A stretch of DNA of 64,000 nt from assembly GCA_049322915.1 (NCBI GenBank), contig JBMOPW010000014.1, positions 160,001 to 224,000 of the forward strand, in the 5' to 3' direction. The translations under genes and the position numbers were made by a program. The notes beneath the pieces were generated by a model. The model was not told where the DNA came from. It did no database searches and saw only the letters and a program-made list of their open reading frames with translations. Shown here one piece after another: positions 40,907-50,919 of this stretch. Position 1 is the stretch's first letter. The number at the start of each line of letters is the position of its first letter. Source of the DNA: Candidatus Zhuqueibacterota bacterium (lineage in GTDB: Bacteria; Zhuqueibacterota; Zhuqueibacteria; Thermofontimicrobiales; Thermofontimicrobiaceae).

Positions 40907-40996
40907 CTGAGTGATCGCGGCTCGATCATTTCGAAAAGCGCCGCAATTTGAACAAACTAGAAATCTGCGCGGAAGCTGCGCAGATGGAGGCCAATC

Positions 40997-42292
40997 ATGA
41001 GAAGAGAAAACAAGCTCGCCCGCACGTTCATTCTGTTGACATTGGTTTCACTGTTACGAGCATCATCAACGCCAGCACAAACAGAGTTTCAACAGGTTCG
41101 TTCCGGAAGTCCGGCATTTCACGTGGATTTTGTCAATGTCAGTTCTCATGAACCCGGCATGAGTCGATTGAATCTGTACATCAAAACAACGTTCGAAGAA
41201 CTCCAGTTTGTTTTGCGCGAACAGGTTTACAAAGCAAGCTACGAGGTGTCGGCTGTCGTCTATGAGAATGGCGACTATCAGGTCGATGGGAAGATCGATC
41301 AGGAAGAAGCGACGGCTCGGGACTATGAAGAGACCAACTCCCGGCGTTCCTACAGCCTCGCTTATTTGACTTTTGACCTTGCGCCCGGCAAATATAAATT
41401 TTCGATCAGCGTCACTGATCTGGAGACAAAGGCGACGCGGTCGATAAAGAAAGAGTTTGAACTGAGGGAATTCCCGGAGAATCAGTTCGAGATCAGCAAT
41501 CTGGCTCTGGTTCGAAATGTCGAAATAGATTCGATTGGCATCAAATCATTTCACCCTGATGTGGCCAATTTTATTATTGATTTATCCAACATGCTCTATG
41601 TCTATTTTGAAATTTACAGTATGCCGGATACGACTCAAACCTATTCCATATCGTTTTTGATTCGGAATGCCAAACGTAAGAAAATATTTGAAAATAAGTA
41701 CAAGCGGCGCAGCGACGGCCAAAGAACTCTGGAGGCTTTTCAAATACCGACCAATAAATTATCGCAGGGAACCTATTTGATCGAAGTCATCGTGGAAAAT
41801 GGTCGGGATAAAAAGGAAGTGAAAAAGGAGATCATTGTCCGATGGATCAATATGCCAACATCCATCTCAGACATTGATCTGGCGGTGCAACAACTGAAGT
41901 ATATCGCCAATAAAAAGGATTATGATAGAATAAAAAAGTCAGATCGCGGTGATCGGCTGGCTGAATTCCAAAAGTATTGGGAACAGTTTGATCCAACGCC
42001 AGGGACGGCGGCGAACGAAGCAATGGATGAATATTACGCTCGAATCCAGGTGGCCAATGAGCGCTTCACTGGATTTCGCGAGGGCTGGAAGACGGATATG
42101 GGGATGATCTACATCATCTTCGGTCCACCGAACGACATCGAGCGTCATCCGTTTGATAGTGGCTACAAACCATACGAAATTTGGTACTATCATACAATTA
42201 ACAGGGAGTTCACATTCATGGATGAAGCAGGTTTTGGAGAGTACAGATTAATCACAACCGGGTGGGAAAGTTGGCGTGAGTTGATTAAGTAA
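40997..42292 (+). CDS. GWxTD domain-containing exported protein
   Basis: Signal peptide; DPTPGT..NE...EYY.R...AN..F...GWKTDMGMIYIIFGPP...EIWYY. Confidence 0.88.
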   Translation: MRRENKLARTFILLTLVSLLRASSTPAQTEFQQVRSGSPAFHVDFVNVSSHEPGMSRLNLYIKTTFEELQFVLREQVYKASYEVSAVVYENGDYQVDGKIDQEEATARDYEETNSRRSYSLAYLTFDLAPGKYKFSISVTDLETKATRSIKKEFELREFPENQFEISNLALVRNVEIDSIGIKSFHPDVANFIIDLSNMLYVYFEIYSMPDTTQTYSISFLIRNAKRKKIFENKYKRRSDGQRTLEAFQIPTNKLSQGTYLIEVIVENGRDKKEVKKEIIVRWINMPTSISDIDLAVQQLKYIANKKDYDRIKKSDRGDRLAEFQKYWEQFDPTPGTAANEAMDEYYARIQVANERFTGFREGWKTDMGMIYIIFGPPNDIERHPFDSGYKPYEIWYYHTINREFTFMDEAGFGEYRLITTGWESWRELIK

Positions 42293-42363
42293 TTCGTCAT
42301 CAAACATGCTCCATCGAAATGCGATATTAACCGGAAAAAAGTTCTTGTAACGAAAGGGAAAAA

Positions 42364-43338
42364 ATGGAACAAAAGCGCACTGATTTCTGTTTGAAATCCC
42401 TTCGCATCAATGATGAAGCAACAATTGGGGTTGTCTCGCCAGCAAGCCGTCCTATGGACGATGAGAAATTTCAGCAGGGGATAATTTATCTTAAAACCTT
42501 AGGTCATACTGTCATTCAGGCTCCTCACGCGAGCGATCGGCGGGGCTATCTGGCCGGCACCGATGAGTCGCGCGCCGACGATTTGAATGCTATGTTCCGC
42601 GACCCTCAGATCGATGCCATTTTTTGTTCGCGGGGCGGATATGGCACGCCGCGCATCATTGAAAAGATTGACTATGAAGCCATCAGACAAAATCCGAAAA
42701 TCTTTGTGGGCTATAGCGATATCACCACGTTGTCGCTGGCAATCTGGCAGCAGACCGGACTGATCACTTTTTCCGGGCCGATGGTCGCTGTGGAAATGGC
42801 CAATCAGATTCATGAGTTCACGGCTGGCAATTTCTGGAAAATGATCTCGTCGCCAACCCCGGCAGGATTATTGGCCAACCCGAACGACGTGACGCTGAAG
42901 GTGTTTCATCCGGGCGAGGCTCGCGGACGATTGTTGGGTGGGTGTCTCTCGCTGATCAATGTGTTACTTGGAACGCCGTATTGCCCGGATTTTAGCGGCG
43001 CCATCTTTTTCATCGAGGATATTGAGGAGGAGCCGTATCGTATCGATCGGTACCTCGCCCAACTGAACATGGCCGGAATTCTGGATAGCCTTGCCGGCGT
43101 TGTTTTGGGACAGTTCATCGATTGCGAACAGAAGGACAGAACAAAACCCACGTTGGAATTGGATGAAATTTTTCATGACTATTTCGATCGGCTGAAAATC
43201 CCGGTGATTCAGAATTTTGCCTATGGCCATGGCCCTGTGAAATTCACGCTGCCGGTGGGGGCGCAGGCCTATTTGAATACAAACGAAGGCGGGCTTTTCA
43301 TCACGGAAAGCGCTGTTTCCGATAATCGAAATGCGTAG
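42364..43338 (+). CDS. LD-carboxypeptidase (S66, LdcA-like)
   Basis: VSPAS, RGGYG, GYSDIT (catalytic Ser), GGCL, IEDIEE, YGH. Confidence 0.92.
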   Translation: MEQKRTDFCLKSLRINDEATIGVVSPASRPMDDEKFQQGIIYLKTLGHTVIQAPHASDRRGYLAGTDESRADDLNAMFRDPQIDAIFCSRGGYGTPRIIEKIDYEAIRQNPKIFVGYSDITTLSLAIWQQTGLITFSGPMVAVEMANQIHEFTAGNFWKMISSPTPAGLLANPNDVTLKVFHPGEARGRLLGGCLSLINVLLGTPYCPDFSGAIFFIEDIEEEPYRIDRYLAQLNMAGILDSLAGVVLGQFIDCEQKDRTKPTLELDEIFHDYFDRLKIPVIQNFAYGHGPVKFTLPVGAQAYLNTNEGGLFITESAVSDNRNA

Positions 43339-43347
43339 AGAAGAGCT

Positions 43348-43971
43348 ATGGAAAAACTTCAATTGGGAGTGTTGGCTTCCGGCCGTGGTTCCAATTTCGA
43401 AGCGATAGTCAAACAGATCAAGCGGAGGAAATTGGATGCTGAGGTTCGGGCCGTCATCAGCAATATTGCCACCGCCGGAGTGCTGGAAATAGCGCGGAAG
43501 AACAATATCCCGGCGTTTCACGTTTCAAAAAAACAGTTTCCGGAACAGGAGCATTTTGATGCCGAGCTCCTGAAAATTCTTCTCGACCATCAGGTGAACT
43601 TTGTGGTGCTGGCCGGATATTTGAAAATGCTGAGTCCGATCATTGTGAGGCAGTTTAAAAATCGAATATTGAATATTCACCCGGCGCTGTTGCCGTCATT
43701 TGGTGGTCATGGGATGTATGGCCATCATGTGCATCAGGCGGTGCTGGATTATGGCTGCAAGGTGAGCGGGGTGACGGTGCATCTGGTGGACGAAGCCTAT
43801 GACACAGGCGCGCCGGTGATGCAGCGCTGCGTTCCGGTGCATGAAGGGGATACGGCGGAAACCCTGGCTTCCCGCGTGTTGAAAGTTGAACATCAAATTT
43901 ATTCCGAAGCGCTCCAACTGTTCGCCGAGGGCCGGGTTGAAATTAACGGACGCTGCGTAAAAATCAAGTGA
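43348..43971 (+). CDS. purN: Phosphoribosylglycinamide formyltransferase
   Basis: SGRGSN, LAGY, NIHPALLP, GVTVH.V...YDTG. Confidence 0.97.
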   Translation: MEKLQLGVLASGRGSNFEAIVKQIKRRKLDAEVRAVISNIATAGVLEIARKNNIPAFHVSKKQFPEQEHFDAELLKILLDHQVNFVVLAGYLKMLSPIIVRQFKNRILNIHPALLPSFGGHGMYGHHVHQAVLDYGCKVSGVTVHLVDEAYDTGAPVMQRCVPVHEGDTAETLASRVLKVEHQIYSEALQLFAEGRVEINGRCVKIK

Positions 43972-44006
43972 CGGAGTTGCCGGACATCATAATATAACGG
44001 AGACAG

Positions 44007-44651
44007 GTGACTATGAGCAGAGCGATGAGACGCGTTTGGCTGGGGATGAGTATCCTTTTGATGCTCACCGGGATGCTGTTTTCTCAGGATACGGCAGATC
44101 TTGTGAACCTCGCCGCCATGGATTCGACGATTATCATTGATTTGAAATACGCCACCGCCGATAATTTCTTTGGCGATACGTTGTATTCGGCCAATATTTG
44201 TCTGCTGCGCCGCGCTGTCGCCGAAAGGCTGATTGAAGTTCAGCGCGATTTGCGCGAGCAGGGATATGGCTTGAAAGTGTGGGACGGCTATCGGCCGCTC
44301 TCGGTTCAGAAAAAAATGTGGGAGAAAGTGCCCAATGATAATTATGTGGCCGACCCGAAGACCGGATCGAATCACAATCGGGCGGCAGCCGTGGATGTGA
44401 CGATTGTGGATCTCGAAGGCAACGAGCTGGAAATGCCGACGCGATTTGATGATTTCTCCGAAAAAGCTGGCAGCGCCTATCCCATCGTGAGCGAGCAGGC
44501 ATTGAAGCATCGGACGATTTTACAGGAGGCCATGTGTCGGCATGGCTTTGAAACCATCACGTCGGAATGGTGGCATTTCAACGATAAGGATAGACGCTTG
44601 TATTCGGTGCTCGATGTTCCATTGGACCAACTGATGAATCAGAAGAAATAA
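44007..44651 (+). CDS. D-Ala-D-Ala dipeptidase (M15D, DdpX/VanX-like) with signal peptide
   Basis: YATADNF, DGYRP, SNHNRAAAVD (SxHxxxxAxD), EWWHF. Confidence 0.9.
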   Translation: MTMSRAMRRVWLGMSILLMLTGMLFSQDTADLVNLAAMDSTIIIDLKYATADNFFGDTLYSANICLLRRAVAERLIEVQRDLREQGYGLKVWDGYRPLSVQKKMWEKVPNDNYVADPKTGSNHNRAAAVDVTIVDLEGNELEMPTRFDDFSEKAGSAYPIVSEQALKHRTILQEAMCRHGFETITSEWWHFNDKDRRLYSVLDVPLDQLMNQKK

Positions 44652-44845
44652 CAGGGCAACGCGGAGTTTCGTCGCAGCGGTCTGAAGCCCTGAATTGCTC
44701 GCGCTGTTGAGTCAGGTATGGTGCGATGGAGAATTGATGGGAATTATCCCCTCTCAGCCAGATCGTTTGGAAGTACGATATTCGCAGAGTCATCGTTAAA
44801 AATGCTGCGATGGATCAGAGAATAGAATTTTGATAAAGGAAAGAT

Positions 44846-46402
44846 ATGGAAAAAATGAAGCGAGTTTTGATCAGTGTCTATGACAAGCAAGGCATTGTGG
44901 AATTTGCCCGGTTCCTGAAGCAATTCGATATGGATATAATTTCCACCGGTGGCACTTCGAAGCTGCTGAAACAAAATGGTATTCCCTGTCTTTCAGTGTC
45001 TGAGATTACCGGAGCGCCGGAGATGCTGGATGGGCGCGTCAAAACGCTGCATCCCAAAATTCATGGTGCAATTCTTGCCAAGCGCGACAACAAAGATCAT
45101 ATGGCCCAGTTGAAAGAGCACGGAATGGCGCTCATCGATATGGTGGTCATCAATCTTTATCCCTTCGAAAGCGTTGTCAGCAAACCGAATGTCGAATTGA
45201 GTGAGGCTCTGGAAAATATCGATATCGGCGGGCCGACCATGGTTCGGGCCGCTGCCAAGAATTTCAAATCGGTGGCTGTGGTGATTTCGCCTTCGCAGTA
45301 CCAGGCGGTGATGGATCATATGTCCCAGCATAGCGGGGAGTTGAGCGATGCCCTGCGGAAGACTCTGGCCATTGAAGCATTCCGACTGACGCACCTGTAT
45401 GATGGCGCGATAACGCGCTACCTGCAAAGTCTGGAGAGCGGCGCGGCCTATCCGAAAAACATCGTGCTGAGTTTTGAGAAAATACAGGACCTGCGTTACG
45501 GAGAGAATCCCCACCAGTCCGCGGCGTTTTATCGGGAGCTTGGCTCGAATTCGAGCGGCATTACCAATTTGGAGCAACTGCACGGAAAGGAGCTATCCTA
45601 TAACAACATCATGGATCTGGATGCAGTTGTGAAAATGGTGCATACTTTCGGGGAGCCTTGCTCGGTGATTGTCAAGCACAGCAACCCGTGCGGCGTGGCG
45701 ATTGGGGAGAATATCTGCTCCGCTTTTGAAAAGGCGTTTGCCACGGATTCGGTCTCGGCGTTCGGAGGCATTTTTGGGTTTAACCGTCCGGTGGATTTGA
45801 AGACAGCGGAATTGCTAAAAGATATTTTTATTGAAGTGATCGTGGCGCCGGCGTATGAACCGGATGCCCTTCAGGTTTTGTCGAAGAAGAAAAACGTGAG
45901 ATTGTTGAAATTAGAGTTGGGACAGACGCTGCCCAAAGAAAATAATTATCGCAAAGTAGCCGGGGGATTGTTAATTCAGAGTGAAGATATTAAAAGCATT
46001 GACGATATAGAATTTAAAGTTGTCTCGAACCGGCAACCCACACCCGATGAATGGGCTGCGCTGAAATTTGGCTGGCGCGTTGTGAAATGGGTGAAGTCCA
46101 ACGCAGTCATTTTCTGTCGAAGCGACCGAACGATAGGCATTGGCGCCGGCCAGATGTCCCGAGTCGATTCCTCCCGATTTGCTGTGGATAAAGCCAGTCG
46201 GGCTAATCTGGACTTGACCAGCACTGCAGTCGCATCGGATGCATTTTTCCCATTTCGCGATGGCGTGGATGCGGCGGCGGAAGCAGGCGCCACAGCGGTG
46301 ATTCAGCCCGGCGGTTCTGTGCGGGATGACGAAGTGATACAGGCTGCGAATGAATTGAACCTGGCGATGGTATTTACCGGGGTTCGGCATTTCAGACATT
46401 AA
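44846..46402 (+). CDS. purH: Bifunctional AICAR transformylase/IMP cyclohydrolase
   Basis: ISTGGT, GRVKTLHP, IDIGGP, LRYGENPHQ, SDAFFPF, RHFRH. Confidence 0.98.
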   Translation: MEKMKRVLISVYDKQGIVEFARFLKQFDMDIISTGGTSKLLKQNGIPCLSVSEITGAPEMLDGRVKTLHPKIHGAILAKRDNKDHMAQLKEHGMALIDMVVINLYPFESVVSKPNVELSEALENIDIGGPTMVRAAAKNFKSVAVVISPSQYQAVMDHMSQHSGELSDALRKTLAIEAFRLTHLYDGAITRYLQSLESGAAYPKNIVLSFEKIQDLRYGENPHQSAAFYRELGSNSSGITNLEQLHGKELSYNNIMDLDAVVKMVHTFGEPCSVIVKHSNPCGVAIGENICSAFEKAFATDSVSAFGGIFGFNRPVDLKTAELLKDIFIEVIVAPAYEPDALQVLSKKKNVRLLKLELGQTLPKENNYRKVAGGLLIQSEDIKSIDDIEFKVVSNRQPTPDEWAALKFGWRVVKWVKSNAVIFCRSDRTIGIGAGQMSRVDSSRFAVDKASRANLDLTSTAVASDAFFPFRDGVDAAAEAGATAVIQPGGSVRDDEVIQAANELNLAMVFTGVRHFRH

Positions 46403-46441
46403 ATGGATTAATTTTTTAGAGGTTTCTTCAGAGGAGCGGTT

Positions 46442-47485
46442 ATGGCACTAGCAATTTTTTCATCATTTTTCTCAAGTGATCTCGCGATAGACTTAGGAAC
46501 CGCAAACACACTTGTCTATTTAAGAGGGAAGGGGATTGTTGTTAATGAACCATCCGTTGTGGCAGTTAAAAAATCCAATCAGGACATTGTCGCCTATGGC
46601 ATAGCAGCGAAGGAAATGGTGGGTCGCACGCCGGGCGAAATAATTACGGTGCGTCCGCTGAAAGACGGCGTCATCGCTGATTTTGAATTGGCCGAACGCA
46701 TGATCCGGTACTTCATTCGGAAGGTCAAAGTGAACAGGTTGGTTCGACCGAGAATTGCCATCGCTATCCCATCCGGGATAACCGATGTGGAAAAACGGGC
46801 TGTGCGCGATGCAGCGGAACATGTTGGCGCGCGCGAAGTATATCTTGTTGACGAACCCATGGCGGCAGCGATTGGCGTAGGACTCCCGATCAATGAGCCG
46901 GTTGGCAGCATGGTGATCGACATTGGCGGCGGCACAACGGAAATAGCGGTGATCGCGCTCTCCGGCATTGTGAACGACACATCCATCCGCGTGGCCGGCG
47001 ATGAAATGACCGATTCGATCGTGCAATATTTTAAACGAAAATATAACCTGCTGATTGGCGAAAACACAGCGGAGCTGATCAAATGTACCATTGGATCAGC
47101 GGCGCCCTATGATGAGAAAGCCTCTCTGACGGTCAAAGGTCGCGACCTGGTCGCCGGCATTCCCAAAACTGTGGAAATCAATGCCGAGGAAGTTCAGGAA
47201 GCGCTCACCGAACCGGTGAATACCATCGTCGAAGCAGTGAAATTGTGCCTGGAACAGACTCCCCCGGAACTGTCCGCGGATATTTTGGATCGCGGTATCA
47301 TTCTCACCGGCGGCGGTTCGCTGCTGAAAGGTCTGGATGAGAGACTGCGCCGCGAGACCAATCTGCCCATCGTTTTGACCGATGATCCCCTGACGTGCGT
47401 GGTGAGAGGTACCGGCAAAGTACTTGATGATCTGGAAAACTATCAAAAAGTACTGACAAAGACAAAGCGCGAATACATCATGTAA
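46442..47485 (+). CDS. mreB: Rod shape-determining protein MreB
   Basis: IDLGTANT, EPMAAAIG, DIGGGTT, LTGGG. Confidence 0.98.
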   Translation: MALAIFSSFFSSDLAIDLGTANTLVYLRGKGIVVNEPSVVAVKKSNQDIVAYGIAAKEMVGRTPGEIITVRPLKDGVIADFELAERMIRYFIRKVKVNRLVRPRIAIAIPSGITDVEKRAVRDAAEHVGAREVYLVDEPMAAAIGVGLPINEPVGSMVIDIGGGTTEIAVIALSGIVNDTSIRVAGDEMTDSIVQYFKRKYNLLIGENTAELIKCTIGSAAPYDEKASLTVKGRDLVAGIPKTVEINAEEVQEALTEPVNTIVEAVKLCLEQTPPELSADILDRGIILTGGGSLLKGLDERLRRETNLPIVLTDDPLTCVVRGTGKVLDDLENYQKVLTKTKREYIM

Positions 47486-47598
47486 TTGCCGGCCGGGATG
47501 CGGTTGATTTTCTGTAAAAACACACGTGCTGGACACTCTTGTGTAAAGATATGGTGATCCAGCATTTCATTATCGGACACTAATGCGTAAGCGTTTCG

Positions 47599-48408
47599 AT
47601 GAAAATAAAGCGAAGTTTTATTTCGTACAAAGATTTTATCACGCTGGCCATTGTTATTCTGTTTTCGTTGATACTCATCTCTTCCAATCAAAATCGGCAG
47701 ATCGAGCATTTCAAAATGTGGATGGTGGGCATGATCAGCGGCATGCAGAAAGCCTGGGCGGGCATTGAAAGTTATTTCAACGTGCGCGATGAGAACGTGG
47801 AATTGCGTATGGAAAATACCATGCTGTCTTTGCAAAATAGCGCCATGCATGAAATACAACTGGAAAATGAGCGGCTGCGCGATTTGATTGGCTTTAAAAC
47901 CGGGACTGAGCATCGGCTCATAGCCGCTCGCGTCATTGGCAGAGAAACGCGCGGCTATATCAACGACGTCATTCTCGATATTGGTTCAAAAGATAGTGTG
48001 AAAAAGAATATGCCGCTTGTCGTTGCGAGCGGGCTGGCGGGAAAGATCTATCAGGTCGGCGAAAGTCGTTCCATCGGACATTTGTTGTTGGATCAAAATT
48101 TTCGGGTCAGCGCCAAGATTCAACGGAGCCGTGTCCGAGGCATTATCAGTTGGCAGGGAGGGGACTATTGCCGGCTCAATAATGTGCCAAAACGGTCGGA
48201 TATTACCATTGGCGACTGGGTTGTCACATCGGGGTATGGCGGGATTTTTCCGGCAGGGTTGAGAATTGGCCAGGTCATAAATATCAAAGATTCGCCCCGG
48301 GAGATTTTTTCAAGCATTCTGGTCAAGCCAGCCGTAGATTTTGAAAAGCTGGAGGAGTTGTTCGTCATTCTCGATTTGCCTCAGAAACTGGAAGAAGGCC
48401 TGGAATGA
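47599..48408 (+). CDS. mreC: Rod shape-determining protein MreC
   Basis: N-terminal TM, coiled coil ENERLR, VTSG.GGIFP.G; follows mreB. Confidence 0.93.
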   Translation: MKIKRSFISYKDFITLAIVILFSLILISSNQNRQIEHFKMWMVGMISGMQKAWAGIESYFNVRDENVELRMENTMLSLQNSAMHEIQLENERLRDLIGFKTGTEHRLIAARVIGRETRGYINDVILDIGSKDSVKKNMPLVVASGLAGKIYQVGESRSIGHLLLDQNFRVSAKIQRSRVRGIISWQGGDYCRLNNVPKRSDITIGDWVVTSGYGGIFPAGLRIGQVINIKDSPREIFSSILVKPAVDFEKLEELFVILDLPQKLEEGLE

Positions 48409-48594
48409 CCGTGTCCCATCGCGTAGAATTTATGCAACAAAATATGGATTGATGCCGCGAAAGCAAAATTCAACTGGCAGAGATCCTCAATCGAAATTAA
48501 CCCATTTGGTGTTCGATCAGCCGGATGTAAAATAAAAGTCACTTGTTTCTCGAAATAATCTACCCAGAACGCAGTTCATTCGACAACTACTTCA

Positions 48595-49086
48595 ATGCGG
48601 TTAGCTAAATACATTATCATCTATTTCTTATTGTTGTTTGCAGAAAAGAACCTGCTGTATCTGTTTTCCATCAGGCATATCACGCCGGATCTCATTCTAA
48701 TCTTCATCATCATTTTGAGCCTGAATGAGAAGCGAATGCAGATGATAATCTTCGCATTTTTTGCCGGGCTCATTCAGGATTCATTCATCTCGGGATTCTT
48801 TGGATTGTCCGCGTTGACAAAATCGATCGTTGCATTTTTTGGTATTTACTTTCAACAGCCCAAGCGGAAATACAACCTGGCCTATTTCATTTTCACATTT
48901 GTTGTGCTGGTTTCAATCCATGAATTGGTGTACCAGTTCATTTATGCGCTGGGAAGCCATTGGGGATTCTTCCGATTGGTATTGTATTACATGATTCCGC
49001 GAACGCTCTATACAGTCGTTTTTGCCGTATTAGCCTATTTGCTCTTTCGAACGATGCTCTGGAATACCGATCGCGTGGCAGAGTAA
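48595..49086 (+). CDS. mreD: Rod shape-determining protein MreD
   Basis: Hydrophobic; PDLILI, AFFAGLIQD; lies between mreC and mrdA. Confidence 0.88.
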   Translation: MRLAKYIIIYFLLLFAEKNLLYLFSIRHITPDLILIFIIILSLNEKRMQMIIFAFFAGLIQDSFISGFFGLSALTKSIVAFFGIYFQQPKRKYNLAYFIFTFVVLVSIHELVYQFIYALGSHWGFFRLVLYYMIPRTLYTVVFAVLAYLLFRTMLWNTDRVAE

Positions 49087-49131
49087 CATTCACATTGCAT
49101 CTGGTCTGGTTTCAAAATAATCTTAATTGCC

Positions 49132-50919
49132 ATGGCCCTAAACAGTTCAATTCAACGGAAAGATGTCCAATTCTCGGTACTGGTGATTGTACTATTCGTC
49201 ATCCTGATTGTTCGGTTTTTTTATTTGCAAATTTATAAACAGGAGCAATATTTCACCGCTTCTGAAAAAAACCGGATTCGGGAGAGGGTGCACGAAGCGG
49301 CCCGAGGCATCATCATTGATAGAAATGGCGAGATTCTGGTCGACAATCATCCATCCTATTCTGTGTACGCCATCCCGATTGAAGTCAAAGAATCAGAGAA
49401 TATCTTGAAGCTGACCGGCGAAATTCTGGATATGAAGCCGGCCGAAATCAAGCGGACGATTCAAAAAAAGAAGACCGGCTATTTCACCCCGATTAAACTG
49501 AAGCGCCAGGTCGACTTTGAAACCCTGTCGCGAATTGAAGAGCGCCGGATGGATTTGCCTGGAATCCTGTACATGACTGAACCGAGGCGATATTATCCTT
49601 CAGGCGTGAGAGCACCGCATCTGTTCGGTTATCTTGGGGAAATAACCCAGGAGGAAATGGAACTGGAAGAAAATAAGGGGATGCACTTAGGAAGCATTAT
49701 CGGGAAGAAAGGCCTGGAAAAAGTATATGAGAAAGAATTGCGGGGATTCCAGGGGTATGAATATATTGAGGTCGATGCGCTGGGTCGGGAAGTCCGAAAA
49801 CTGAAGGATAAACCAGAAATTCAATCCCAGCCTGGAAAGAATCTTCACCTCACTCTGGATGCAATACTGCAGCGCGCTCTGGAAGCCAGAATGGATTCGC
49901 TGCGCGGTGGCGCAGTTGTTGTGGATTGTAAAACCGGCGGCGTGCTGGCGTTGGTGAGCAAGCCGGATTATGACCCTGAAATTTTTACAAAGCCCATCTC
50001 ACCTGAAATTTGGAACGAATTAGTTAATAATCCGTCGAAGCCGCTCTATGATAGAATGGTGCAAAGCCTGTTTCCGCCAGGTTCGACGTACAAACCGGTG
50101 TTAGCGGCTGCAGCGCTTGAGCACAATATTATCGAGCCCAGTTGGCGAGCCTATTGCGGCGGATTTTTGAACCTGGGACGAAGGAACTATGACTGCTGGA
50201 AACCCGGGGGGCATGGCGAATTGGACTTATTGGGCGCCATTGAACAGTCGTGCAATGTTTATTTTTATAAGCTGGAGTTGAAGGTTGGACTGGATAAATG
50301 GGCAGAGTATTCGCGGAATTTTTTATTTGGTGAGTTGACCGGCATTGATTTGATCGCGGAAAAGGCCGGCGTTGTGCCGGATCAGGAATATCTCGACCGC
50401 CAATTTGGAAAGAATAAATGGTCCAAAGGGCTCATTTTAAACCTGGCCATTGGACAGGGTGACCTGCTGGTGACGCCGCTTCAGATGGCGCGTTTTGCCA
50501 TGATATTAGCCAACAAGGGGGTTTCACACCGATTGCACCTGGTCGAGTACCTTGAAGATCCCATCGATGGGACGCGCAAGTTGACACAGATCGATTCAGT
50601 GCGAATCAACGGCGTATCGCAGGAGACTTTCGAAGTGTTGAAGCAGGGCATGTTTCGGGTGGTGCACGGCGTTCATGGGACAGCAAAAAGCGCTGCCTAT
50701 CTCGATATCAAAGTGGCAGGTAAAACCGGGACAGCGCAGAATCCGCATGGCGACCCTCATGCCTGGTTCATTGGTTACGCTCCGGTGGATAATCCCCAAA
50801 TCGCCATATGCGTTCTTATCGAGAATGGCGGAGGTGGTGGTGCAGTCGCCGCGCCTATAGCCAGAGAAGTCATAAAAAATTATTTCTATCGAAATCAAAA
50901 TAGTTATGCTCAGTTTTAA
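49132..50919 (+). CDS. mrdA: Penicillin-binding protein 2
   Basis: RGIIIDRNG, PGSTYK (SxxK), SCN (SxN), KTGTAQ. Confidence 0.96.
   Translation: MALNSSIQRKDVQFSVLVIVLFVILIVRFFYLQIYKQEQYFTASEKNRIRERVHEAARGIIIDRNGEILVDNHPSYSVYAIPIEVKESENILKLTGEILDMKPAEIKRTIQKKKTGYFTPIKLKRQVDFETLSRIEERRMDLPGILYMTEPRRYYPSGVRAPHLFGYLGEITQEEMELEENKGMHLGSIIGKKGLEKVYEKELRGFQGYEYIEVDALGREVRKLKDKPEIQSQPGKNLHLTLDAILQRALEARMDSLRGGAVVVDCKTGGVLALVSKPDYDPEIFTKPISPEIWNELVNNPSKPLYDRMVQSLFPPGSTYKPVLAAAALEHNIIEPSWRAYCGGFLNLGRRNYDCWKPGGHGELDLLGAIEQSCNVYFYKLELKVGLDKWAEYSRNFLFGELTGIDLIAEKAGVVPDQEYLDRQFGKNKWSKGLILNLAIGQGDLLVTPLQMARFAMILANKGVSHRLHLVEYLEDPIDGTRKLTQIDSVRINGVSQETFEVLKQGMFRVVHGVHGTAKSAAYLDIKVAGKTGTAQNPHGDPHAWFIGYAPVDNPQIAICVLIENGGGGGAVAAPIAREVIKNYFYRNQNSYAQF

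Noticed and set aside
44007..44651. Vancomycin resistance (vanX)
   Set aside because: No vanH/vanA/vanRS neighbours; Gram-negative host; better explained as a DdpX-like housekeeping dipeptidase.
44652..44845. ZMP/ZTP riboswitch upstream of purH
   Set aside because: The conserved GACUGGCG and GCCUGGG elements were not found.
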